Origin: Octopus vulgaris
Lineage: Eukaryota
Length of the DNA stretch: 64,000 nt
Assembly: GCA_951406725.2 (NCBI GenBank)
Contig: OX597831.1
Span: 15,190,001-15,254,000, forward strand
Direction of reading: 5' to 3'
Part shown: piece after piece, positions 22,861 through 37,197 of the stretch
Position numbering within the stretch: position 1 is the stretch's first letter
Layout of the letters: the number at the start of each line of letters is the position of its first letter
Program-made: the position numbers and the translations under genes
The notes under the pieces: generated by a model
Seen by the model: only the letters and a program-made list of their open reading frames with translations
Databases searched by the model: none
Told to the model about the DNA's origin: nothing

Positions 22861-25036
22861 GTGTACCTATATACATATATATGTTATATATTTCATATAT
22901 GCATACATGTATATGTATTCCATACGTTCGTCTCTACATACGTACAGGTATACATACTTATGTTCAATAATTTTGAATCTTAAGATATTGGTCTTAAAAA
23001 AAAAGAAAAACACAGCTCGATCACATTTTATTTCAATGTATTCGACTCGACGCCTCTTGGATTAGGTTTGACCTAGGGTTAAACACTAATTACAGAAGTT
23101 ATGATATATTTTCTGTGGTTATTGATTTCTTAAGAAACATTTGTGGAGTATTCCACCTCTACTTTTACATTTTCGTTTTTACTTAAAGTATAATTTTAAT
23201 ATTCTCTCCGCATTTATTTTAATGTTTTTTTCCAAATTATAATTTCATTTCCTTTAATTATTTTTCATTTCTTTGACCTTTCCTTGAAATTTTTTCATAT
23301 CTTTATATATTTCTTAAAAAATAATTGAACAATTTACTTTCAGTTTAGTTCTTTTTTCTTCAATTTTTTGTGCATAAGACGCCTCAAACCGAGAAAATTT
23401 TAGCTGTTTTGTTTTAATTTTCAGTTAGCTACAAATGATGACCGAGTTCTTTCCTATACACTTGCAAAAAGATAAACTGCATAATGCAGTATTGAGCTTC
23501 AATACTGGAATGACAGAATCAAAAAGGTTGGAGAAGGCTGTACAAAGTTTGCCCTATCAGGGTCAACAAGCAGTAAGAAAAATAGAACAACTCTGATTTA
23601 CACAGGTTTGGTAATGCGTTACTATTTGCAATCGACATTGGTATTTGAATAGCAATGTTGTCGACCTGTCTGCAGATTAAACACTCGACCTAAAATCTAG
23701 AACTTCTTTTATTATAATTTAATACAAGCCGAAGGTGGTGAACTAGCAGTATATTTAACGCCTTGGATGAAATGCGTAGCGGTATTTTGCCCATCGCACC
23801 GCTCTGAGTTTAAATTCCAACGGGGCTAAATTTGCTTTTCATCCTTTCGAAGTCGATAAAATAAGTACCAGTTAAGCCCTGGGGCTGCCCTTGTCACAAA
23901 ACCAGATACCAATCTTTTCAATATAGCAAAGTAGCGAGCAGGAAGAATAGTTAACACCTTTGATTAAATGCTTCGCAGAGTTTTGTCTGTCTTTAAGTTC
24001 TGAGTTCAAATTCCCAATGTACAAACTCCCAATGTCTCACTTTTAACTTTTTGGGAAGCGGAGAAATTTCTTCAGAAATAATGTAATTTAACTGTTGTTT
24101 CTAGCATTTCGGGTTTTCTGGTTATGCTGTAATATTTTTTACGTCTGTTATTTCAGTACAATTCTACGCATGCGTGAAACATAAGGCGAAAATGAAACAC
24201 TGAGTGTTTTTGCTTTTCGAAAAGGGTAGGTGATGGGTGCGAGGTGGGGGAAGAGGCATAGAGCGTGTCTTTAAGAAAAATTAGACTTTAAAAAAGAAAC
24301 ATGTTTCCCAGATTCGTAATCTCTGTATTTTTCTACATGGATAGCAAAAAAAGTCGTTAAAAAGTTACAGCTTAAGAGACCGTCATGGAGAGGGGGAGAC
24401 TGAAACTTTGGCCACTTGTTTTCTAGGCGAAATCGTTTGAACCGCCTTTTAGACGATAAAACAACACATAGATTGTGATCATTTTAAAGAACAGTAAACA
24501 CTTTCATACGAACTCATGCAAATTGTACCCTCCCCACTTCTCTTTTAAACAAACAATAACTTCCATTACTCAGCTACTTGCACCTTAAATTGAGGAGCAG
24601 GCTGCTCGGAACAATTGGATCCTTCATCGTCGTAGTTGACGGAACACCAAAAGAGAAAATGCATGTATATGAACATATGCTTGCGTAAGTGTGACACTGT
24701 GCTTTTGCGTGTGTAGTAATGCCCTTGAAACAGTAATATGCTCAAATAAATTCGTTACAGTCGGCCACGCGGCCGAGCAATTTGATCTCAGTTTTGAATT
24801 CATGTACTTGTTCTTTGAATATTATTTACCAAACCAACTTTCCACCTGGCGGTGGATAGATGGTACGGACAAAGAGAAACAAACATATGTCGGAGATGTG
24901 TGTGAACTTGCACACCTCCAAACGTGCCCGCCCGAGCGAGTGCGCACACTTGTGCTCGTCTGGATAACAGTCTAATTTATTCATCCACTTCATTGCCTCC
25001 TTCTTTATATATATATATATATATATATAAACAGGG

Positions 25037-25110
25037 CTCTTACCGATGAATTCTCCCTGAGCAAATAAATTATCTTTATTGCTGAAAAGAACGAAACTGC
25101 AGTCTAAGAG
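25037..25110 (+). ncRNA. Hammerhead ribozyme (U4C variant) in a short TA-flanked element
   Basis: ctctta-CCGATGA-attct...agaac-GAAA-CTGCAG-TC-taagag: perfect 6-bp stem I, palindromic stem III and a GUC triplet. Confidence 0.78.
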
Positions 25111-25272
25111 TTACCGAGTTAGTAAATGTTTTTATCTTCATTTCATTAAATTTATCTAGCTTCTGTGTTTCAAGCACATATTTCGCCTTAATGTACTGAT
25201 ATATGAAAAATATATGGCTTGTGCTACAAATACCAGCGATAATAATTAATTTATTTTATCGCAATTTGACTT

Positions 25273-25323
<51 letters not shown>

Positions 25324-25344
25324 TATGTCTGTCTTTATGTATTT

Positions 25345-25425
25345 TCCCCCTGACGAATGAGGTATTATCTGGATGCACCCTAGTGCTTTAAACATAATAA
25401 TACACCCCTGAAAAGGCCATAGGGA
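25345..25425 (+). ncRNA. Degenerate hammerhead ribozyme
   Basis: ccc-CTGACGA-...ggtattat...ataatacacc..-GAAA-aggcca-TA-ggg. Stems II and III are partly mutated. Confidence 0.55.
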
Positions 25426-25559
25426 TAAGTAAATATGGTTTCCTTTTAACTATAAGGCTTCTTTTACTTGAATAATTATTTAATAAGATTTCTAAACGAT
25501 GAAATTTTATTTTATTTACTTGATATATATTATATATTTTTTATATGCTCCTATATATA

Positions 25560-25624
<65 letters not shown>

Positions 25625-26010
25625 ATATACTTATATATTTTTATATATTACTTTATATTATAATTTTACGTTCTAGGTGTTGTAAGGTTTTTTTTTTTTA
25701 AATGTATTTTTCTGAATCGCTAAAGTATTAACTCTAAACTGTGATGAAGAAAAGTTTTTTTCTCGCACCTTATTATTATTACTATATGCTTGTATGCTTG
25801 TGCAGATGAATTATGTTCCATCTTGCGGGATGTTTATATGTATATTCCATGATTAAATGTTCGAATTATGAAATGCTATGCGGATGACCTTGCATTTGTT
25901 TGTTCAATAACTTTAATTTGATATATTTGTCTCTTTCAATAGAGCACTTCTATAGCAGTCCTATTAATCTTTTTGTTCCTGACAAGAAACAATCACTGTA
26001 TTATTGATAT

Positions 26011-26044
<34 letters not shown>

Positions 26045-26965
26045 GCGCACGCACGCACACACACACATATATATATATGTACGTTAATATATACACTCTA
26101 AAATATTACATGTTTTGTTTCTACGTTAGTGTGTGTATTTTTGTACGTACACACATACACGTACGTACGTACAGCCACACTCACGCTCATATAAAATCAC
26201 ATACACGTACACACACGTAACTTCCAGGTGGAATGCATATAATTTTGCAAGTGTCACGGAATCTTGTCTTTATATGACATGTGTGTTAATGTATGTGCCC
26301 GCACGCGTATGGTGTATGTGTGTGTTTGTATTCAAATATAACCATTTCTTTGTTGCTCCGTTATTAATTTATTCTTTTTACTTAATCAAGTTCGTTCTAC
26401 TATTTCTTCAGTAACATTTGTGATAAATCAGCGGTAGCCTATTCTGTGTTACGAAGTTGGATATATTTAATTGATTAAGATTATTACTCTGAATGTCGAC
26501 AAAAATCAATTACCTGTATATAAAAAAAAAATGCTGCAAAGAAAACGTACGGCAACACAGCGTTTACACCCACATCATTACTATAATAAAAAACAACTGC
26601 TTCTTAATGAGTTTTGTTATGTAACTATTACGAAAACAACGCGACTGGATATTCATAAACCAATGTAAATAAAGGCAACTCATCACGTCGTCAGAGCGTC
26701 ATGGTTACCATAGCGATTGGGCGACTTTAGGAGAGAATTGTATGATGCGGAGAATACTTATTAACGCAAACAGTAATTGCTGATGCTCACTGAAGATAAT
26801 ACTACATGAAAAAGATTGCGAAACGGCAGTAATCCGACTGATGTTACGTGGTTATATAAATAAATATTTATTTGCCGAGCTCATAAGAGCTTTCTCCGAA
26901 TCTTATACTACACATATATGTATATAGAGAGAAAGTAAAGATTATTTGCCAACATAACTCGGTAG

Positions 26966-27113
26966 TCCTTGTTAGGACGAATGCTACTGTTATTTAACCC
27001 TAGGAAACATTGTCTCCAGCTGGTTATACAGATAGACAGATAATGTGACGGTTAGCCAGGTGGAGACGACGCTTCCTGGGGCTAAATAGCTGTAGCATTT
27101 GTCCTAACGAGGA
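26966..27113. repeat. Imperfect foldback (MITE-like), ~60-bp arms
   Basis: tccttgttaggacgaatgctac...ctggtta pairs with tagccag...gtagcatttgtcctaacgagga. Confidence 0.8.
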
Positions 27114-27176
27114 ATGCCGTGTGATTATGGTTACTGAATGTCTCTGGTTGAGAGATTTACAAATAGCAATTTTCGA

Positions 27177-27239
<63 letters not shown>

Positions 27240-27324
27240 TGTGTGTGTGCGTGTGGGCGTATGTGTGTAAATTTAATAACGATACTTGTTCTTGGACTTA
27301 TCATACATACACACACATTTAACA

Positions 27325-27464
27325 ACTGGTTCACGACTACTTCCTCCAGTCACGTGATGTAGACCTCCGTGTTGAGTCCGAAGCCGTGTGGGAAGATGAA
27401 TGGAAGCATAACGTTGCCATCATAGGTGATTACTCCAAACACCATAATGACGACAGGATATTTT
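27325..27464 (-). mobile_element. Tc1/mariner (DD37D/maT-like) transposase fragment
   Basis: The - strand translates KYPVVIMVFGVITYDGNVMLPFIFPHGFGLNTEVYIT*LEEVV. Confidence 0.7.
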
Positions 27465-27473
27465 ATAACTCAC

Positions 27474-27627
27474 GGTAAACATTAGTATTAGAGCTTCCGG
27501 CACTTCGTATTGGAGCTTCCAGCGCGAATGCCAAGCAGTACAGCATGTCGTTTCGAAATTTCTGGCAGAGTGAATCGCGACATAATACTGTTTTTCTCAC
27601 TGACAGTGCCCAACTGATCCTACGATA
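27474..27627 (-). other. Candidate internal exon of an unannotated - strand transcript
   Basis: Acceptor ttttgtattttgtctctgctccacag and donor ACC|gtgagt. 154 nt of non-repetitive, GC-richer sequence. Confidence 0.45.
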
Positions 27628-27988
27628 CTGTGGAGCAGAGACAAAATACAAAACAAAAAATGTGCATGCGCGATATTAAAAATAGAAAAATGCTGACAAT
27701 TTACCCTGCATATTCTGAGATAAGATAATTATTGACAGCATCTTCGAAGATTCCAGCAGGAAAGCCATTGTCGGAGCGCGGTCCGACGCTGGTTTACCTG
27801 TGCAAAACTTTCGCTAGTCACTCTCAGTAATTTTGTTTTTGAAGTTTAATATCTAATTCTACTCTACAAAATGTAGTGTAATCCTTCAGATTAAATACAA
27901 AATGTTCTTTATAAGAGATAACAACGAAAGAGAAATGTAAACACACACATCCGCACACATTTACACCCACACCCACACCCACACAGAG

Positions 27989-28038
<50 letters not shown>

Positions 28039-28040
<2 letters not shown>

Positions 28041-28113
28041 TTTGATACTTTGATACTTTGATAGGTTTCGGCCATTATTGGCCCAGGCCATGTCCAACTT
28101 AATAGCACCACCT
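28039..28113 (-). mobile_element. Extreme 5'-truncated 3' tip of the same LINE family
   Basis: The - strand reads aggtggtgctattaagttggacatggcctgggccaataatggccgaaacc(tatcaaag)3, which matches 34682-34745. Confidence 0.75.
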
Positions 28114-28225
28114 ATATGTATGTCAGTATATGTATATAAAGTATATGTATATAAAGACCTACAGCTGTGTCAAAGTACGATGATGGCCGGCAGCACTTCT
28201 TCAGCCGTGTTAATCACTTTCTGCT

Positions 28226-28316
<91 letters not shown>

Positions 28317-29076
28317 TGCGTATTTACTCGTGCGCGTTTGTGTATCAGTGTTTGTCTCCCTACCAAATAAGCAATCCATACTGAATACTTGTCTCACTAT
28401 CGCTGTGGTTTTCTAAATGCTCGACATAATAAGTACAAGATGCAAAATGTGTGTAAGGGTAGATGCAACTGAGCAGATCTACCCCACCTGAAATAGATTG
28501 CAACTGAACGACAGGAACAAGTAAACACGTTAAAGAGTAAAACTGAATTTTCATTAATCAAAATCTAATAAGGACATGTCGTTAAATAGGTGACTGTTAC
28601 AAGTGAAGGAACGGCGCTATGACAAACCAGAAATGGAATAAATTTGAATCAATTAAAAGTAGAAAAAAGTTGTGAATGATTTCGATAATTAGCAGAACGG
28701 TGTTAATATCCCCGGAGAGGTTTCAATCTCATTGACATCATAGAACCGAATTGTAATGTTATTATCCGTGTAGACGTGTAACTTTGTTTTTTTTCTTTAA
28801 TCACTTGTATTATGGTAATGTGATAAAATAAATGCTTGTTCGATGTTGTCTTGCTCTCAGCAAATGTTCCCATTATTATATTTATCTTTTTTGTTTTGGC
28901 GTTTGTATGTGCACGATTGAGAGTTAATGGTGATTATTATGAAAGAAGATTGATGATTAAATTAAATTTAGAAGAAAAAAAAATAGGCAAATAAAACATA
29001 AATCTATAAAGGAAAATGATTGATTGGGAAAATGAAGGCCAGAGGGGGAAAAGCTTACTGAAGTTAAACTTCTATT

Positions 29077-29880
29077 ACGAGGTGGTATCAAAACGTTGGT
29101 GGTCTAGTTATTTTTAATAAAATATAACTTATTCATTGAAGTTTCAACAAATTCTTCGAGATAGTCATTTTTTGGAGGAATAAATCGGTCTCAGCTTTCC
29201 AGCCACTTTTGGAATCCGGTCCTGAAGTTGTTTGCCGAAAGGGAGTCGATGACCTTCCGATCTGGATCTCGTCAATGGTGTTAAACCGCGAACTTTGAGC
29301 TGCCTTTTCCTCTACGGAAAGAATTGGTAGTCTGCGGGAGCTGAATGTAGTGAATAGGGCTGTTGCGGTGCGATACCATGCTGTATCTGGTAAGAAACTC
29401 ACAAATGAGGAGAGCTCGCTGACAGATGGCATTGTCGTCGTAAAGAATCCAGTTCTTCCTGCTTCACAGATCTCGAAGCTTTCACCGATTGTCCTCCCGC
29501 AAACGTTTCGAAAGTTCGCAGTTGATCTCTCGATCAGCGGTCTGGCTCTTGGGAACGATCGATTCAAACGACCGCTGATATAAAAAAAAGTCGATGGACA
29601 TGCTGTTGATTGAGCATGTTCGGTCATGGACAGGAAGGCATCTTCCATCGTGCACCCTGCTGCTTCAGCGCCGTAAGCTTGTTGAAACACGCTCAATACC
29701 TCTGTAGGAGATTTCCCGAATTTATCGCAAAACTTCACGTTGGCTGTTTGTTCCAACTTCCTGTACGTTACAAAATCGTAGACTACAGCATACACGGGAT
29801 CACAAGAACCCACAATTCACGAATTGCGAAATAAACACAGCGATGTGTCTCGGACACTCCCTTATGAAGGTCACTACCGC
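29077..29880 (-). mobile_element. Degenerate, internally deleted mariner
   Basis: TA+CGAGGTGGTATCAAAA terminus at 29077. N-terminal LEQTANVKFCDKFGKSPTE...QQAYG, with HDNA- and YSP-like remnants out of frame. Confidence 0.8.
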
Positions 29881-31583
29881 TCTTACATTTTAGGTGGCTG
29901 GGGTGAGACGATTGCATCAACCCCATTACTCAACTGCTACTTATTTTTTGGGAGCCAAAAGAATGAAGGAAAACTCGATTTCGATGAAGTTTGAACTCAG
30001 AAGTTTAATATTGTGAAGCTCTTCTGCAGCATGCTGAAGGTTCTGGCAACTAGGCACCTTTAAAATAATGCTTTCAAACTTTGGCAAATTCCCAGCAATT
30101 TCAGGAGAAGGGGCTAACTGAGCAGAATCGGCCCTGTATTCATTTGGTACTTATTTTATCACATTGGAAAGTCGATTCGGCGGAATTTGAACTCAGGATT
30201 TATAGACTGAAAAAATGTCAGTGTGTATGATATTAAAAGATGAACGGAATGGTACTAAGTAGCCTAAAATATCGACAGTCTAGTGAGGTACATCATTCAG
30301 TACCATAAACTGGAAGCTTAATGCCTTACAGCGGGATCGATCCCGGTACGTCTGACAAAGAACTTGTGAACACTGTTATGTCTATGCCTGAAACATTTCA
30401 GATATGTTTTTTTTTTCCGTGTCTGCGAACTGGTTTTATGCACTTCAAATGAAACTGTCTATTTTTGTAGAGTGTTGGCTTTCATGATATCTCAACCTCT
30501 ATTTTACGAGTCTTAATAAAATTGGCAAAAGCTCTGCTTTGCTTTTCATCATATGCACTACTGGTATTTTTTTCATTAGTTCCTAGTTCTTTCTTTTCTT
30601 TCTTTTTCTGCGTCTCCGTTTCACTTCTGATCTAAATTGGTTTCCCCCGTCGTTTATAATTTTCCTTTCAGTATATTTTACTGCTTTCTGCACAAACACC
30701 CACATCCAACCGCCATTCTTTTTTTTGCCATAATCAAACTTCTTTACAGAAACGAACAACAAATATGTGGAAATATAAATCTATATCCATTGGACAACTA
30801 GCAGAAACTGAGAGTTGAAACCACACAGACACACGCACACAAGCACATACAGACGCACATGGATACACACACACACACACGCACACAAACACACATACAC
30901 GCACACAAACACACACACACGCACACATAAACACTCAGGCAAACACACACATACGCGGGCAAAATATTTCATGCAGTATCACTTTAGAATCCACCCACGT
31001 ACAGCTATACATTTTCGTTCCGTGTATATGTGATTTATCTTGTATGAAATTTCCATTTTTTATATAGTCATTTGGCTTTGTTGGAGTTGATATGCCAGCC
31101 TATTAACTGGCACATCCTAAGTATATAGACATTTACGATGCTGCCTTCGGAAAAAAATATGATGCGTTTTATTTAATATAGCTGTTCAAGAAAACTAATT
31201 TTCCCATTTTACTGCATTGAAGATACATGAGAATTCACGGCGTGTGTAGTTAATATGTGTGCATACACACACAAACACACATACATACACACACACACGC
31301 ATAGACACACACACTCAAGCACACGCATGTGTATATGGATTACATCGACGTCAGTATTTAACTGGTACTTATTCTATTGCCCCCCTCCAAAATGATGACT
31401 GGAACAATTGTCCTAGGCGGGATTTCAACACAGAACCTGAAGAGGGACGAAATAGCTGCTATGCATTTGGCCCACGTTTTAACGATTATGCCTGTTCGCC
31501 GTTTTCATGGACACACGCACAAATTCTGCACTTACCACTATCTGATGTGCTGTCTATTCTGCATTTGATATAATTGGTTCACA

Positions 31584-32398
<815 letters not shown>

Positions 32399-33307
32399 TC
32401 CGCTTCTCGAAATTGCTGGCCTTGTGCCAAAATTTGAAAGCAGTATTAGTCATGCACAGGTTTTCGAGCTGCCAGAACTTTTAGCACGCCGGACAAAATG
32501 CTTAGCAGCATCTGTTCCAACATTAATTTCTCAGTTACAATTTCGCCGTGGTCGATTTTGCCCTTCATCCTTTCAGGGCACGACCTCATGACGATGATCG
32601 ATACAATTATTTTACACGCTTCCTCGAAATTGATTACCCTTGTGCCCCAAAGAGAATTCAATACAATTCAAATGACGATTATGTCAGCTTGAAGTCGTTT
32701 AACATACAGAAATATTTAAACTTTATGTAAGTTCATATTTATAGTATCCTTGCAGTAAATCCGCTCAATTCAGACGTAAAACAATGTTTATTTTTGCTAC
32801 GAAGTATTTATTTTGTTTTAATATTATTTACTAGTGTAATCAACAGAACGTTATTTACGGTAATCCATTTATAAACTTTACACACAAATTTGTATTTCTC
32901 CTGGAGTTATTTACAGTTTTATGTTTGTTTTACACAAATTGAAATCAAATGAGATTTTTTATCTCATTGCACAAGACGTAACAGTAGATTAGTTCCGCTG
33001 CCTTCACTGAAAATGCAAACGAAAAACAAAGCTTTCAAAACGAGAAAAAAGTTATTCAAAAGCACAATTTACTCACAACTATTTTTTTCATATTTGATTT
33101 GAAGATGTTTCTCAATTTTTGTTGTCTGTATGGCAACGTGAATGGGAAACGGTATGATATTCACAAACAATGTTCTAAATAATGTGGGCGTTTACGTATG
33201 TAATATCTTATCCATATAGACACACAGGCATAGAAACACACACACACACGCACTCACTCACATATATACTCACACACTTGTACCCCCTATATATATATGT
33301 ATGTGTA

Positions 33308-33437
<130 letters not shown>

Positions 33438-33504
33438 CATACATTCATACATATATACATTACATATATACATGCAGACATAAAAACATATATGTATATC
33501 ATGT

Positions 33505-34750
33505 GTGTCATACACCATGATTTCAGCAAGGCATTTGACAGAGTGGACAACAAAATCCTGCTGAAGAAAGTGTCCAACATTGGCGTCCACGGAAAGCTGC
33601 TGCAGTGGACCAAGTGTTTCCTCACGAACAGAACCAAACATGATGTGTTTGAGGGAATAGGATCCAGCTCAGCGAAAGTAAGTGGTTGTGTGCCATAAGG
33701 TAAGCGTTGGGCCCAATCTTCTTCATTATTTACATCAACGAGATAGTAGATGTCATCAAACATTCTGCATTGAAAATCTTCGCAGATGATTCCAAACCCC
33801 GGAAAGCCATATTCGATTGAAGAGACCGAATCTGCCTTCAGTTAGATCTGTGTGCTATCGTCCAATGGGCGGAAAGAAACAATATGCATTTAAATGAAGA
33901 TAAGTTTGATGTGATCCACTTTAAGAAAGAGGAAACTCTGAAATTACCATATGCTCTTCGCTCGGGCGATACCCTAGTGTCAACCAATAATACCAGAATT
34001 CTTGGAGAGATTGTTGATAACAATCTAAGCTGGAGGTCCCACGTATACAGCAAGGTTTACTTGGCTCGCAAGATGTGCTCCTGGATTCTGAGAACTTTCC
34101 GGTCTAGAGATGCCTACATTATTATCCTTCTCTACTTTTGCCCGGCTTCGCCTTGAGTACTGTTGCCCACTGTGGTTTCTCCATACGAAACGACTCATTA
34201 TGAAAGTAAAAACATTCCAGAGGTCAATAACATGAAAGATAGATGGCATGAGATAGCATTGACTCTTGGGGTCGACTAAAAAATAAATACTCGACATCTA
34301 CTATCTCGAACGCCTCTGGGAGCGCTTCATCATTTGTGTTATGTGGAAAATATTCCATCAATGTTGCACAAATGATGTTGGGATCAATTTTAAAACCTAT
34401 ACAAGACTTGGCCCCCGTGCTATCCGCCAACTACAAAAGTCGACTCGGTACACATAGCAACATTACTTCACAATTACTTTACCTCAACCGACCCAACTCT
34501 TTTCAATACCATACCAAAATACGTCCAAACGGAAACGGATCCCATAAAATTCCAATGTTTACTAGACAAATTTCTTTAAAAAAATCCCGGGCCAACATCC
34601 TACACGCGGATATGTCCCCAACAATAATAAAAATTTCTTAGGGTGGGCTATAGTGCTCCATGTAGGACTAAAGGCTTCACCAGGTGGTGCTACTGAGTTA
34701 GACATGGCCCGGGCCTATAATGGGCGAACCTATCAAAGTTAAAGTTATCA
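33505..34750 (+). mobile_element. 5'-truncated CR1/L2-group LINE (RT pseudogene and 3' end)
   Basis: DFSKAFDRVD, GKLLQW..FLTNR, KIFADDSK, LQLDL..W...NNMHLNEDK, LGEIVDNNLSW, with stops and frameshifts. Ends in short aaagtt repeats. Confidence 0.9.
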
Positions 34751-34809
34751 TATGTACATACATACATATAGTACATGCATGCATTTATCAAAATATACAT
34801 ATATATGTG

Positions 34810-34860
<51 letters not shown>

Positions 34861-34864
<4 letters not shown>

Positions 34865-35653
34865 TAACAAAAAGGGTTCACCAAAGATTTGCTTCACCAC
34901 ACACCGAAGTTTAGAAATAGCAGCCAAAAATCTTAGCTATTTCTTCTACTTTAAAAGGGGTTCTCCTGGAGAAACCAAAATACTTGAAGATAATTCACAC
35001 AAGCAGAGAGTAAAGCAACGAAAATCAATCAATATCTGGTTATCCATGGACGCGCGTTTCTGAATTAGGTTTTGCTTAAAGAATATAAAATTATACTTTA
35101 CTAAACATATTTTTCATCGGCATGGCTTTCCACGATAATTCGAAGGTACTAGAATAGTTGAACAAATCTTTCCACCAAACGGTATTAGAACAGATCAAAT
35201 TCAATGTTAGCACCGCCGAATTCAAAATATGAATGAGGTTCGCTTAGCTCCCCCGCCCGCCAGCGTGTGTCTTCAAGTAAACTACTACAGGAAAAAAATC
35301 TGCAGTTTGTTCTCTGGGAGAAAATTCTCTTATCAATAATAACAAATGGTAAAATTAATTAATTAAGAATTAATTAATAATTTCACCAAGTAGAATTCGG
35401 TATGAAAAAAGGACCATTTCACGGTAAGTTTAAGTAATATTAACAAAAAGGGTTCAGCAAAGATGAAAAGTAGAAGAAATAGCTAAGATTTTTGGCTGGT
35501 ATTTCTAAACTTCGGTGTGTGGTGAAGCAAATCTTTGCTGAACCCTTTTTATTAGTATTACTTAAACTTTCCGTGAAATGGTCCTTTTTTCATACCGAAT
35601 TCTACTTGGTGAAATTATTAATTACTTCTTAATTAATTGATTTTACCCTTTGG

Positions 35654-35660
<7 letters not shown>
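34861..35660. mobile_element. Rearranged non-autonomous PLE-like pLTR element with nested inverted repeats
   Basis: 34861-34953 is inverted at 35466-35558, and 35337-35464 is inverted at 35531-35659. Contains a hammerhead and is flanked by (TA)n. Confidence 0.7.
35044..35125 (-). ncRNA. Hammerhead ribozyme (U4C variant, long AT-rich stem II)
   Basis: The - strand reads ccatg-CCGATGA-(~53 nt imperfect hairpin)-GAAA-CGCGCG-TC-catgg. Confidence 0.75.
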
Positions 35661-35750
<90 letters not shown>

Positions 35751-35784
35751 CGTACGTACATACATATATGTCTTTATAAATATA

Positions 35785-36369
35785 TATATATGAAAAAACA
35801 AGTCAAGATAGAAAATGCTAAAATAATTTTATAAAGAACATTTCAGTACCGGTTTCGGACATTTTGAGACCTTTTCAACTGTAACGATTAAATAATTAAA
35901 TTTAGAAAAATTAAAAGAAAAGTTTAAAAAAAAATAAAATTTTGTATAGTGTTCAAATATGTGTCATATTCCTTGTTTCTGCCTTGCTCTGTCTCTCTTG
36001 TTTGCACTTGTGTGTTCGAGGTCCTTGTGAATTCTTGGTAGGGTAGAAGAAGAAGAAGGATGATGAGGAGAAGGGGTGGAAAAATTTGGGAGTGCCTTGA
36101 TTGTCGTATTTTGAATGATCAGTTGCAGTTCAATTCAGGAGAATATTTCTATTGAAAGGTTTGTTTATAGAATTTGCGTAGGAGTTATACTAAAAAGCAT
36201 TGGTGATAAAGTTAAGAAGTAGAAGGTGGAGCAGAAGAAGAAGAAGAAGAAAAAGAAGAAGAAGAAGAAGAAGAAGAAGAAGAAGAAGAAGAAGAAGAAG
36301 AAGAAGAAAAAGATGATGATGACGATGTTGATGATGATGATGAAGAAGAAGAAGGAGAAGAAGAAGAAG

Positions 36370-36400
<31 letters not shown>

Positions 36401-37125
36401 CGACGATGATGAAGGAGAGGAAGAAGAAGAAAGAGAAGGGAGAATATGAATGAGTGGAAGTAGTGAGGTGTTGTATGACTTGAAGTTGGCACGTTATGGA
36501 TTATAGCTGTGATTGGGGATGATTTGTAATGGATCATTTGGAATGTAATATTTGCGTGTGTATTTGTGTTATTCTAAAGCTTGGGTGTATAAATCGTTTG
36601 TCGTAGACCCGTTAAGAAGTGGCCTGTATTTTGTAATAAAGAGAGTTTCTTTACTTATTCGTTGTCTCGAGGTTGTATCGTCCCTGAATTGGTAGAAGGG
36701 TAAAATCCTGAAGCCTGGTGTTTTGTTGTTGGCGCAAGTATCTATATGTTGGCTGAAAGCTATTTTTCTGTTTTGGGAATTTTTATCTGGGATCTGTGCA
36801 GGGCCATTCTTTTACGCAAACTATTTTTTGTTTGGCCTATGTACTGCTCTTGACATAAGGAGCAGGTTAGTGTGTATATCAGGTTCTCCGAAGCACATGT
36901 GAAGTTGCTTTTCACTGTAAACCGTTGTCCCTGTTTGAAGGAGAACTCTGATCCCTCAATTAGATAATCGCATATCCCGCAATTGGGTCTTCCACATTTT
37001 TTTACTGTCGGCTTCTGTGTTGAAGAGTGTATTCGGGTTTGTGTTAGGGAGACTTTTCATAGATGTAGGCTGCCTCTTGGTTTTTATGATCGTGTATGTT
37101 TTATGATCGTGCGTGTTTTATGATC

Positions 37126-37130
<5 letters not shown>
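35785..37130 (-). mobile_element. 5'-truncated copy of the same PLE family (GIY-YIG pseudogene, 3' UTR and pLTR)
   Basis: 36590-37095 aligns to 10925-11435 with frameshifts. 35790-36215 aligns to the pLTR. Flanked by (TA)n on both sides. Confidence 0.93.
35841..35884 (-). ncRNA. Hammerhead ribozyme (U3-A8 variant, one stem II mismatch)
   Basis: The - strand reads cagTTGAAAAggtctcaaaatgtccGAAAccggTActg. Confidence 0.75.

Positions 37131-37197
<67 letters not shown>

Noticed and set aside
26785-26835. CTGAAGA...GAAACGGCAGTA hammerhead-like motif
   Set aside because: Core words are present, but there is no convincing stem I and stem II is broken.
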